Assembly (NCBI RefSeq): GCF_902459465.1
Contig: NC_047068.1
Location: 11,718,001 to 11,782,000, forward strand
Origin: Asterias rubens
Taxonomy: Eukaryota
Reading direction: 5' to 3'
DNA: 64,000 nucleotides
Of the stretch, positions 12,900 through 24,700 are shown one piece after another. Both the position numbers and the translations under genes were made by a program. Under the pieces are notes generated by a model, which was not told the origin of the DNA, did no database searches, and saw nothing but the letters and a program-made list of their open reading frames with translations. Position 1 is the first letter of the stretch, and each line of letters starts with the position of its first letter.

Positions 12900-13720
12900 A
12901 AGGGACCCTTGCTAAACTACTCTCTTGTGAAAAGAGGCTTCCTACATGTCCTAAGGAAGATGTTCTGCTTAAAATCGTAGTAAGTGGACTGTCCACGACT
13001 GGACAACCTAGTACCTCTGTGGGATTCTGACCTACATGTATGCATACAATGCTAAGAATGTTCAACATAATCTTAATTACAGAACAGAAGTTGTTGCAGT
13101 GAAAGTTACAGCTCGGAGTGACGTTGACACGTTCAAAGTACAATTTATCCCAAGAAGTGATGCTTTAAAGTTCTATGAAATTCTTGGCATATGGTTTGGA
13201 TGCCTCATACACGGGATCACTAAAGTTGTAAGATGTCTTATCGTAAATGTCTTAATTGAAAAAACGACGCTTGTTTAGAGCTTCAATCATCGGTTAATAG
13301 CTTTGCCATAAGTACATTATTGAAATACAACATCACTGAGAAAGTGCATTGGGTGTTAAGAAGAAATTGTGAAATTAACAAAAACAAGTTGAGTCGGTTT
13401 ACAAGACCCTACTTTCAGTGAAATCATCTAAAAATGAAAAATGTATACAAATCATTCACCTAACTTTAACAGTTGTTTACCTAATTTGTCTCGGATAGAT
13501 GGGACTTTGTAGGAGCAATAAAATGGCGAGTGTAATTTTTTACTTAAATCGCTAACAATGGTTCTTAAAAAATAATGCTGCATTGTCTAAAATGACTCTC
13601 TACTTTCCCGATCCGCTTATGACTATAAAATCTCTTCAGCTCTTTGTGCAGTCCTTCAATTTATTCTTTAAGATGTTTGGGTAGTTGTTATCTTGAAAAC
13701 TTTCCCGCTTTAAAAATTAT
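12900..13720 (-). mobile_element. Possible heavily decayed non-LTR retrotransposon ORF2 remnant
   Basis: Stop- and frameshift-riddled protein-like text with a CNNFC...DYVEH..HC pattern reminiscent of the L1/Tx1 C-terminal zinc finger. Recognised by eye only. Confidence 0.3.
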
Positions 13721-13889
13721 TATGTGAAAGAAGCATTATTTAATCATATTGGCTTCTTATATAGCCGCATATATCCATCACTCAGTGATGCTCACCACGC
13801 TTTGAAAAACAGTATTTTCGTTCAAGATATGGGACTACATTTGAATTATGAGACCTACTCATTTTACATAGCACCATGTACTGGTTTAC

Positions 13890-14162
13890 AAGGTGCTGTG
13901 GAGCAATATGCTGCCAATCAAACCAGGACACCGGGGCAAACCCCTTCTCTTTTTGATAAGTGCACTGGGTTCTTTTTATAGGCGTTACACAACACACAGG
14001 ACCAACGGCTTTACGTCCCATCCGAAAGAAGAACCATCATGGTTTAAAAGAGTCTTGCTTAAGGACACGGGTGTCATGACTGGGACTCGAACCCACACTC
14101 TGCTGATCAGACACACCAGAAATTGAAACTGGTGCTCTTAACTGCTAGGCCATGACATGCCA
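13890..14162 (-). mobile_element. tRNA-derived SINE with conserved central domain
   Basis: Minus-strand A-box tggcctagcagttaagagc and B-box ggttcgagtccc, followed by the core ggatgggacgtaaagccgttggtcc...aagaacccagtgcact. A second copy lies at about 55985-56160 (+). Confidence 0.8.
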
Positions 14163-14402
14163 CAAACCTTTGACATGCCACATTCTCGTGGAGGATTAGT
14201 TGAAAGTCTAACAACCTGTAGCTACGATCACAAACCCAATAATCTTCAGCACCTACATAAGCCAATTCAATCCACCTGTCCAAATCACCCCCTTGAAATT
14301 TCCCCATTTCGAAATTGAAAACTAATCATTTTTAAACCTCAATTATGCTTTAAAGGTGCGAGGTGTTTAAAGAGTTAAATACCAGGATTTGATTGAGCTC
14401 AC

Positions 14403-14558
14403 CTCGGCAGCGAAACCTTCAACAAGAATAGCCACCAAGAGGTTGAAGAGCACGTAGTTACCAAAGGTCATCAGCGCAATGAAGTACAATGCAGCCCAAG
14501 CGGTGTTATGGTACATGCCGTTGTACAGGACGATGTTCCAATCTTCTTGGGTAAGAAT
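14403..14558 (-). CDS. Cav3: Cav3 exon: domain II P-loop (selectivity filter E) and IIS6
   Basis: ttttctag|ATT...GAG|gtgagc. It encodes [52 protein letters not shown]. 156 nt, phase 0-0. Confidence 0.98.
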
Positions 14559-15406
14559 CTAGAAAAACAAAAATGAGAAACGAGAAGTTGAAAAAGTGAC
14601 TTAGCAATGATGAACACTACAGTTTAGTTTATATGAGTGATGCAACTTTTTAAGTTCACAATTCATGATGATCAAATCATTTGACTGAACATTCTGCTGA
14701 GCATTCTGGAAACAAAAAATACAGAGGCTAAAAGAAGCCATGTGCTTTATATCATTTTCTAATATATTTTGATTTTTTTTTATTATTAGTATTAAAATTT
14801 AAACATCGGCTTGGTGATTCAATTATCACTGTTAATTTTTATGCTTTCTTTTATAAACGTTCAGAAAAATAAAAATGAAACCAGATTTGAAAGCCAAGAA
14901 TTATTTACACTTTTATTAAAATGTAATAAAGAAAAATATTTTGAATAAAATGAAGACACCTGCTGGTTAAAGAGTCACACACAAAGTCTAACAGAACACT
15001 TGTAGTCACTGCACATGTTTCTTCCATATATGGCTTCCATCGGAAACCATACTTTCTTGTTTGCCTTGAAAACAGGAAAAACTCAAAACAAATGGAACCA
15101 GTTGAAGTCATTGAAGATCGGTGCGTGGTGTGAACATTTCAACGTCCCTCAAGTTTTATTGTATTTTTGCTTACTTCTCATAAACAATGGAAGGTAATTA
15201 GGGCATCAGTTGATATACATGTATGGCATCATAATTTTTTTATCAATTCAAAGAATAAGGCAATGTACCTCGAAAAAAAGATCAGGGGAGGATATACAGG
15301 TGTTCAAGTATAACACAAAATAAATGTATTATCTATCTAATTCTTCGCCCCCCCCCCCCCCCCAAAAAAAAAAAAAACAGTTCCTCAAAACAGGTGATCA
15401 TCACCA

Positions 15407-15831
15407 GGACCCAATTTCATGGCTCTGCTTACCAATGAACAGCTTTGTACGCGTAAATCGCTAAGTAACGTGTAGTATGCACATGCACAAGCCAAAATTC
15501 CCTGCTTACCTGTGAAATACGCTTGACATAAAGCGCAGAATTCCCTGCTTACAAGCACCGATTCTTTGCTTCGGTAAGCAGAGCCATTTTGGGGGTAAGG
15601 TTTTGCCATTCACCTCAAATTCCGTCATAAACCGGAGCCTTAAATGTATAATTGGTTTTCAATCACTACCTGATTGTGTGGGTTTTCCCTATCGGGGGTT
15701 GCCTCCCACGTCTAAAACTTTTCTAAATATGGACCCTTGAGTCTTATTGTTCACTAACTTTCTTACGAACCTGTAAATGTATTCTGCACAGAAATTTGCT
15801 CACCGTTAAGCAGCGCTATGAAATTGGCTCC
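15407..15831. mobile_element. PIF/Harbinger-like MITE (GG.CCAATTTCAT...ATGAAATTGG.CC)
   Basis: TIR pair with internal ctgctaagca/tgcttagcag repeats. Relatives lie at about 797-985, 21582-21780, 36756-37129 and 53470-53645. The superfamily assignment is inference. Confidence 0.7.
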
Positions 15832-18162
15832 GTGATTTAAACTGAAAATTGAGCTAGCAAAGAGCACATGTACATCATTTGAAAGAAAAACATTGACTCA
15901 TTTTAATAATTATCGGTGAAAGTACATTAAGAAACTTGGGTTGCCTTTCCATCGAGACAAACAGTACCATAAGAGATAGTGGCATCTCGTAACTTACTGC
16001 TACTAAATTAATTCTACACTTCATTGGTATCGTGATGCAGGTTCTTGATTAAATCGCCTCGCCGTTTTCTCTGATGGAAATTAAATCTAAATGACCAAGG
16101 GGAATATGGCTTGGCGCTTTTAGGCAACAGTTACAATGACGACAATTCACATGTACACAAGTTGCTATGGCAACAGTCATGCAATACACTAGGAAAAAGA
16201 AAGTTGTTTCTGGGGATTTCTTTGACATTCTTTGACTACACAGAGCCGCTGAGCAGACAACAAAATGCAAAAATGCATTTGCATGGCAAAATGATAGTAG
16301 GGCACCAGTCTCTGCAATTTGAAGATGGCATTTTGGCTGGTAACCTATTTCTGCTAAGCAATAAGTTTCAGTGCTAAGCACATTTGTGTTTTTGTTGCTT
16401 TTGAATTTGGGCCCAGGGGCCTTTTTTTTGTACAAAGCAATAAAATCCATCGCAAAACAAATTTGTCAGTATTGCCATAGTGATTTGTATTGTGAAACCA
16501 CACTTCACTTAAAAAAACTCTCATTGATTTGCAGTTAAGATCAATCTGAGCTCTATGTGAAATCGGCCACTGATCTGAACCCTTGTCTCACAGTGAAGAT
16601 TTCATCTCTCACACCAGACTAAAATCAACTACCCCATTTGGAGTATACAGTCAAGTGAAGCCTAATATCGAACCCTTTTTCAGGATAATCAACACTGACA
16701 CTTCTTCTGAAATGACTTTTCTTATTAAACTACCCCAACTGAGATAATATTCACTGTTTTAGTACCTCAATGGAATGATTTTCCCCAAAGAGCGTATTGA
16801 TAATCCCAAGAGGTAAGTATAACATCTTATAAAACTATACCTCAATAAGTAAATACTATTTGTATACCCTGATTTCAACCTTTCCCCAAAGAGAACATGA
16901 CCAGTCTCTCTGATTTGGGAACCCCTCAGGTAACAATGACACTTTCTTCGGCAGTAAAGTCTCTCAGGAGAAGACAAATGATGTTGACTGAATTGAAAAT
17001 GAGCAACTTTAAGTGTCAGATTAGCCTACCGTGACAGGCTGTGAGTCTTTGAGCGAGTGCGGACAAGCACATCAAGATAAACCCTAAAAGGTCTTCTGTT
17101 TTTCCCGCGGGTAAGAAAAAACGAGAAGCGATCACGTTGGCCCACGGTGGACGATAACAAACATGATAATATGTAATCAGGACAAATGCATATCCCACGT
17201 AGACCTTTGCTACAAGTTCTGTCATGTCTTGTATCACATTATCGCTGTTTGCCAGCGGCACAAATGAAACTTCTTATTTTGCTATTGTCTGGTTCTCTGT
17301 AGGCAGTAACAACAGTAAATGTAAGCATGACAAGGCACCAGACTAATTTGCCTTCAAAGCCTCGGTATGGTTACAACTATCTGAATAGTAAGCAGAGAAT
17401 CAAGATGGATGTAAAATGATAATGGTCTTGACAACAAAAACACTTTATTGGTGCAATAAATCTACAATTTTGTCCATGCCCTATCGTTCTTAAAGTAAGT
17501 GTTTATGATCTAAATATAACATCTGATAGGCTTTGGAGCAATCATGTATTCACATCATGTTCATCATCTTGACTTGACACATTTTTTCGGAGGATCACGT
17601 AGGGTACGAGAATGGCGCCCTCGCAAGTCAGAGGGGTTGAAACATGTCGACCTGAATATGTGCGATGAATACAATAGCTGAACAACATAATTTTTTAAAA
17701 GGTGTGAGGAGGCTGAGTATAGATCTATACAAGACTGTTGTTACCATAGCGATCATGGAATGTCATCTTTGAGAAGGAAAGGCCATTTTCATTTTGCAAA
17801 GGTCACTTTTATTGGAAAATCTGAAAGTCTATGGTAATTATTTTTTAAAGGCACCAAAGCCAAGATCAGCGCAATCCTCCAAGCAGTTCTAGGCTGGCAT
17901 AGAAATCAAGAGATACGTCAAGCAACCTGCATGTAATTTATTTAATTTATATCAGGTATTGAACCATAAGGGAAACTGACTGGGTAGATTTTAAACAATT
18001 TGGTATTTGACAAAGACTTCCTTGAGCAGGACTTGAACCAGCGACCCCTAGTTTAACACTCTACCAACTGAGTTGTCTAGCTGTATGTTGGCAGTCTCCC
18101 TAAATGTCTTTGTTGAAGGGTGCCGGTCAGAAGCAATACATGGTGCAGTGTAGCTGGGGCTA

Positions 18163-18590
18163 CCTATTCACTCTCGCATTTCATTCAAAATATTGTTGTT
18201 AGCTTATAAATGTTTGCATGATTTTGCGCCTCCTTATTTGACAGAGCTGTTAACATTGTACACACCTTCTAGAAATCTTCGTTCTAATAAGAAAAAGTTG
18301 TTTGTTATTTCACCAGTGATGACCAAGTCATATGGTAAACGCAGCTTTGCTCACACCACCTCAACTTTATGAAATAATCTCCCAGAACAACTAAAAAACA
18401 TTGACTCCATTGTTAAGTTTAAGATTGCTTTAAAGACGTACTTATTTAACATTTAATTCATCCATTTTGTTGGTTACCCAGTACATCTTGTCTTTGTATT
18501 CTGTTGTGTTTTTCTAAAGAGCGCTTAGGGACATGTTTTACTACTATGTGTTATGCGCTATATAAAAATGGTTAACTATTATTATCAATT
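18163..18590 (+). mobile_element. L2-clade LINE 3' end (5'-truncated)
   Basis: Translates PIHSRISFKILLLAYKCLHDFAPPYLTELLTLYTPSRNLRS...YGKRSFA...L*NNLPEQLKNIDSIVKFKIALKTYLF, followed by a 3'UTR and a (tat) tail. Confidence 0.85.
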
Positions 18591-18653
18591 TACCAAAGTT
18601 TACCATATAATTAGTGACTTTATCATATTTATTGATTGATTGAAAAATCTTAC

Positions 18654-18768
18654 CTGAAACACAGTCACAATTGCCCAGAGGAGGTTGTCAAAGTTCTTCC
18701 GGTCGCATTCTTCAACTCCTTTAACTATTTTACAGAAGTTACAACCAAACAGGTGCATTCCTAGGATG
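18654..18768 (-). CDS. Cav3: Cav3 exon 12 equivalent: IIS5-P turret (three Cys)
   Basis: cccacag|C...CAG|gtaaga. It encodes [38 protein letters not shown]. 115 nt. Not in the ORF track. Confidence 0.97.
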
Positions 18769-18862
18769 CTGTGGGATTGAAAACCAAATTAGACCAATTA
18801 TATCATCAAGGTCAAAATCAGATAAATTAGCGCTTGAGGTAGTGATATTTTTCAAAATGGCA

Positions 18863-19281
18863 GGTTCGAATCCCAGCAGGTAAGTTACGTACTGCCCACG
18901 CTTCCCACCATAAAGTATTTTGTATTCTGTGGCGAAAACAAACTGGCCTTGTCAATCGGCCTCTTAACTTTGATTGTTAATCATCCAGGTGTAATTTTAA
19001 GTTTTTTATTTGAGGTTCGAATCCCAGCAGGTATAATTATTGCCCATGCTTCCAACCATAAAGTAGTTTGTATTCTGTGGCTGAAAACAAACTGGCCTTG
19101 TCAATCGGCCTCTTAACTTTGATGGTTAATCATCCAGGTGTAAATTTAATTTTTTAATTTGAGGTTCGAATCCCAGCAGGTATAGTTATTGCCCATGCTT
19201 CCAACCATAAAGTAGTTTGTATCCTGTGGCCGAAAACAAACTGGCCTTGTCAACCGGCCTCTTAACTTTGATGGTTAATCA
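18863..19281 (+). repeat. ~150-bp unit x2.8, each starting with Pol III B-box ggttcgaatccc (SINE-derived tandem)
   Basis: Units start at 18863, 19014 and 19163 and are near-identical. Confidence 0.9.
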
Positions 19282-19712
19282 GGGAGGTGACGATCAAGCA
19301 GCCTTGGTTATGTACCAACTCTCCAGGGAATTGAGATTGCGTCATGAAGTAATAACGAAAAGCACCTTGAATATTACTCCCTGTTGCCGAGCTAGGGGGT
19401 AGTCTCCAGAACGTTACTTTCATTAAGAAAAAATAAAGAACCAAATTGTTTGTTTAGCAACTGAAGTCTTTTAACCTCCTTCTCAAAAGCTCAATACTTT
19501 AGAGGGAGCCGTTTCTCACAATGTTCTGTACTATAAACAGCTCTTCATTGCTTGTTACCAAGTAAGTTTTATGCTAAAACTTACTTAGAGTAATTACCAA
19601 GGGTCCAGTGCCTTAAACAAGTCCACGGTATACTTAGGTGCTAGGTCTTGAAATGATGAAAAGTCAAGATCTTAATAAAAAAAGCAAACAAAAAAGAGAC
19701 TGAATGACTTAC

Positions 19713-19901
19713 CTGAAGATGAAGATAAAAAGCGACAGGAGAGAGAAGAATGTCGCAACATTGTCCATGGTCTTCAACATGATGAGAAGCTGGCGTCTTA
19801 AAGCAGGCATGAAACGGACCAGTTTAAGGATTCGGAGAAGACGGAAGGTTCGTAGGACAGAGAGACCCCCTCCTTGGCCTTGCTGCATGATTTCAACAAC
19901 G
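19713..19901 (-). CDS. Cav3: Cav3 exon: IIS3-S4 voltage sensor and IIS5
   Basis: ccctcacag|C...AG|gtaagt. It encodes [63 protein letters not shown]. Confidence 0.98.
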
Positions 19902-19944
19902 CTGTGAGGGTTAGAGGGTAAAGGGATAGTAGAGAGATGATAAT

Positions 19945-20245
19945 AATAATAATAACCTTATTTATATAGTGCTTTTTACAAATTTGATAAAAACAGTTTA
20001 AGAAATACAAAAGCGACCAAAGAAAAAACAATAGAGTTCAAAACTACACATTTCACAAACGAAAACAATTAACCACATTATACCTTAGCGTAACTAAGGA
20101 TAGAGGTGGGGTTTTATTTGAGATTTTGAAGAGCTCAGGGTATTAACTAATTAAACAGATTGAGGAAGATGGTTCCAGCATTTCGGCCCCTTGCTGCAAA
20201 AGCTTTAGGGCCTAGCAACTCGTCAGAATCAAGCATCCTTTTAGA
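19945..20245 (-). mobile_element. L2-type LINE 3' fragment
   Basis: Minus-strand GPKAFAA..GPKCWNHLPQSV...KSQIKPHLY (with a frameshift) and a (tta)n tail near 19945. Confidence 0.6.
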
Positions 20246-20249
20246 AGTT

Positions 20250-20610
20250 ATTGTCAAAGACCTGTCTTCTCACTTGGTGTATCTCAACATATGCATGAAA
20301 TAACAAACCTGTGAAAATTTGAGCTCAATTGGGCGTTGAAGTTGCGAGATAACAATGAAAGACAAAACACCCTTGTCACACAAAGTTGTGTGCTTTCAGA
20401 TGCTTGATTTCGAGATCTCAAATTCTAAATCTGAGGTCTCGAAATCAAATTCGCAGAAAATTACTTTTTTCTCGAAAACTCCGTCACCTCAGAGGGAGCT
20501 GTTTCTCACAATGCTTTATACTATCAACCTCTCCCCATTACTCGTTACCAAGTAAGGTTTTATGCTAATAATTATTGTGAGTAATTACCAATAGTGTCCA
20601 CTGCCTTTGA
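20250..20610. mobile_element. TIR MITE family A, left end truncated
   Basis: Near-identical to 60014-60391. Right end ttaccaatagtgtccactgcct. Confidence 0.88.
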
Positions 20611-20760
20611 ATAAAATTCTCTTTGCATAGGAGGGTACCGTACTATTTTACCATCTGGCCTCAGTTTGGTTCATATTGACTCAAATGGGAGAAAAAAAGC
20701 AACCTGACTCTTCTAGTCCGGGTTTGGGACTCCTTTTTAAAAACAAGCAGTGTGGTTTAC

Positions 20761-20912
20761 CTGACGACAACAATGATCCCATCAAACACATTGAAGCCGT
20801 TTCGGATGTACCCAACGAGGCCATAGGCAAGTAGTTTGAGAAGCATCTCTAGAGCAAACAGGCTGGTGAAGATGAGGTTGCTGATCTCTAACGCTTCCGT
20901 CAACTCGGATGG
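20761..20912 (-). CDS. Cav3: Cav3 exon: IIS2-S3
   Basis: tttcaaccag|CCA...AG|gtaaac. It encodes [51 protein letters not shown]. 152 nt. Confidence 0.98.
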
Positions 20913-23900
20913 CTGGTTGAAAGAAACAAATAAGGAATAAAATGTTTACAATTTCATCATGTATAAGGTTTAGCACACTCGACGTCAAGCAGAAAATTGG
21001 CTCTAATCAGAGCCACCACTTCTCACAAAAGAGATTTTGTTATTCGCTTCGTTTTCAAGTTAGGCTATTCTTTTTTTACTTGTGCAAAATTCCTTAAAAA
21101 TCAAACTCGTTACTGGCCAAATTTTCTTGTGTGTGTCTATCCTGAATTATGAAGAGAAACAGAAACCTTCTTAGTTATAGATTCTAAGGTTTAGTTTCAA
21201 GCTCCAAGGCAAACTATTTTTACATGAAATGACCCAAACACAAAAATGACACAAGATTAAGGTGGACGACTTTCAGCTTATTCACGATAACCAAGATGGC
21301 GGGTTGAGAGGCATCACAGAGCAATGACCTCGCTAAACATGATCGGCATGACATGTCATAAGAGCTGAAATGTAGCTAATACCAAATCATTAGCGGACCT
21401 ACGGACAGCATCATAATGGGCATGGGAGATCCTTGTGAGCCTCGGGCAAATCATTGTACATAGATCAGACGGAAATTGTTGTCATCAGTGTCAAGTGCTA
21501 ACCATCTTGAAACAGTCTTCAAGGCCCACTTTCACAAAGCTGCTAAGCAGAAGTTTACACTTAAATTTTCTGCCTTTTGCCCAGGGACAAATTTCATAAA
21601 AATGTTAAGCAGGAAATATTGCTAAGCAAAATTCTTTGCTAAGCAAAAGTTGAGTTTAGGGCACCAGTTGCAACAATTTAAACTTCATGAAATTTGGCTA
21701 GTCAACCAGTTTCTGTTAAGCAGCATTTTTCTGTGCCTAGCTAGTTTTTACGCTTACAGTCTTTATGAAATAGTGCCCTTGGTAGAAGTTAATTAGCATG
21801 AAAGATCTTTTTAAAACTGAGAAGTTTCTTGAGTTCAGTAAAATCAACTCTGCTGCAGTGGAATAAAATAATTACAGCAAGACAAGTTCTCAACAACAAC
21901 AAAATCTACCAAGCGTGTAGATAAACCTCAAATCCCACATGAATTTTGCTTACTATACAAAGTTTGATAATGAATTGAATTGCAAAATATCTGTGATTAC
22001 TGAGAAATCACTGTAATAATCAAAATGCTGCAATCTCATCTTCTGATAAAATTTCATTGAGCTGCTTAAGCACAAAAAGCAGCTAAGCACCAAATAATTA
22101 TGCTTACCAGCCAAAATGCCAAGTCCCCAATACAATTTGTGACTGGTATCCTGCTCATTTCTGCTAAGCAGAGAATTGATAAGCAATGTTTTCTCAATTT
22201 TTGCTTTAGTGGCTCTATGAAATTGGAGCAGACATCATTATGCACTATGCTCTCCCTTGGTTCTCCTAGTCCTGCAAACGCAATTAGAAATCAATGTCTA
22301 CCTTTTCTCAAATGAAACGTGAAGATCAAAGATTAAAGACATGATGTACATACTCAGGTCATCTTTTCTCAGATAAAGTTGAATGACTTTTCATGTTGAT
22401 TTCCTGAATTAATTGACCATAAATCAGTGGTTTTTGTTTTGCCTTCTTTTGACTTATTACCTTCTTTAAGGAGTTTTGATTTTGTTTATATTGAATAAAA
22501 ACAGATTTACAACATGTAAAAGACATAAATATATTGTCATAATGTACATGTAGCATTAAACTGGCTTCATCAGAGGTCAAATGCTGACTATAGCATAATA
22601 TAAAACAAGTAGAAGAGATGGCCTTTAGCTTTCGATCCAAACTGGACATTCATCAGAGGCACAGACAAGTACAAACACAAACATTCAATGATAGCAAAAA
22701 GAGGAGTAAAGGATAAAGGGAAAAGTGTGAAGAAAAAAGCAGGAGAATTATATCCAATCAAAGTTATTAATTTATAGCATATATTATTTAACACCCAAGT
22801 AAATCCTTGAAGTTTGATTGGAGGATTGTAGGTCATGTGAAATTCATTAGTAGGACCTTTACGAGGTCTACGTGCATTTTGGAATAATTCACAGTATTAT
22901 ATTCATCCCATCTTGTTTACTATAGTAAGCTAGACTACACTATTATTAATTTGGTTTGCGGTAACACCATGCATGATGCATGTGTGTATACTTGCCAGGT
23001 GGAGATTGTTCATTAGAGAACTTTCTTGCAATAACGTAACCCTCCTCCCGATAGCGTCGGGAGGAGGGTTATGTTATTGCAACTAGCATTCCACTACCGC
23101 GGAGTAGACTTTTTCAGATTGTTTGCGAGACTTCACCCTTTAAAAGTTGGAATTCAGTCATACTGTGTCTGAAACCTTTTCTGCGGCTTGAACACCCAGC
23201 AGGGTGGATATGTGCGCATTACAAGTGTTATTATAATTTTATTTTTTTCTCAGTTCAGAAAAAAACCTGTTTTGAGATAAATAACTGTTTTCACAGTGTT
23301 ACAAAAACAAACAAAATATTCTTTGAGAAGATCAATGTAAAAAAAAAAAATCTTCAAAATCTCAGAAATACTTCTTATCGGTAGTTGTTTTTCTTATCTT
23401 AGTATGTAAGACTTTACAAATAAGCCAATCCTTTTAGCTATTTTACCACACAGCGTGTTCAGCTTTAATGACATCGCGTGTGACGATCATCCCAGCCTAA
23501 TAACCTTGTGTAGCTGCATCACAAAATCACCCTCAACATGATTGCAACATTTTCAATTTAGTATCTCATTCATCACAACAAAGGCACACTAGGTTTTAAA
23601 CATGTTGAGAAGATTTACAATTTTGTTATCGCTGTGTGGCATACAAATTCAAGAAGCCCCAAAACACAGTTTCTTTATGTCAGATATAAGAACTTATTAG
23701 TGCTCAGACTAATTGGCTTTGAGGGTTATAAAAACGGGTTGACTTTAGGGCAAAGTGTGTTTTTTTTTTTTTTGAACCGTTCGATCCTAAATAAATGTAG
23801 AATGTACAAACAACAAAAACATGTGCAAATTAAATTCAAAAGGTGGTCAGGTTTTTGGATATCGCAGAAAATCCAGAGGGAATATGCCCACATGCGCAGG

Positions 23901-24447
23901 AAGAACAATCCCTTATAGGAATACATAATCTGAGAAGAATTACTGAAGTAATGCTTCTCAGAATCAAATTTCAGGGCATACAAACTGATATCTTTTTACA
24001 TAATCACACTACTTCAAAGTGAAAAGCTTCTCAAAATGCTTTATACTATCGGAAGCTGCTGTAGTTTTTATTGAAATTAATTTCAAGAGTGATTGGCAAA
24101 CGTGTACCTTTCCTTTAAGGAGGGAAAAAGTAATATATGTTAAATCGGGGTTAAGGAATATTCATTTTGGTTTACCCTTCTCTGTGAGCACAGGCCTTCT
24201 CGATCTGCCGGCTCCAAGTCTTTTTCTATAGCTAAGCCGAAGGAATGGAACAAATTACCTAAACTCATCAGGGAATCATCTTCTACTGCCATTAAAAAAA
24301 AAAAAAAAAAAAAAAAAACCTACTTCTTCAGTCAGCCTCTTCATTAATCCTTTGCTGTTTTGTTTATCTTTCTTTCCTTGCATTGTTCTCGTTTTATTTA
24401 TTGTTCAGCGCTTTGATCTGTGTTAAAAGCGCTATATAAATACCTAT

Positions 24448-24452
24448 ATTAC

Positions 24453-24506
<54 letters not shown>

Positions 24507-24511
24507 TATTA
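24448..24511. repeat. (TAT)n microsatellite, about 21 units
   Basis: Direct reading. It follows an L2-like tail (aaaagcgctatataaat) and explains the poly-Tyr ORF. Confidence 0.97.
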
Positions 24512-24564
24512 TATATACTGTATACTCAGTACTTTTCCGAGTTCTGTGAAAAATATCACAGGCA

Positions 24565-24700
24565 TATTACTCGGGTGGGATTCGAACCCACGACCCTTGC
24601 AATTCTAGAGCAGTATCTTACCAAGACTACCGAGGTTGCCCGGTAGCTAGAGGCAGTTCGAACCCTATGTTTAGCAGCGGGTACTGCAAATGATTTAATA
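24565..24700 (-). mobile_element. tRNA-derived SINE fragment
   Basis: gggattcgaacccacgacc (reverse B-box). Relatives lie at about 36070-36110 and 41810-41900. Confidence 0.7.

Noticed and set aside
14559-18653. A second, mutually exclusive exon 12b
   Set aside because: No ILGM/DRKNF/TVFQ-coding segment was found by eye. A tBLASTn search would be needed to exclude a very diverged copy.
21380-21410. REST/NRSE site (acggacagcatc; also gctgtccg at about 35760)
   Set aside because: Only one half-site matches in each case.
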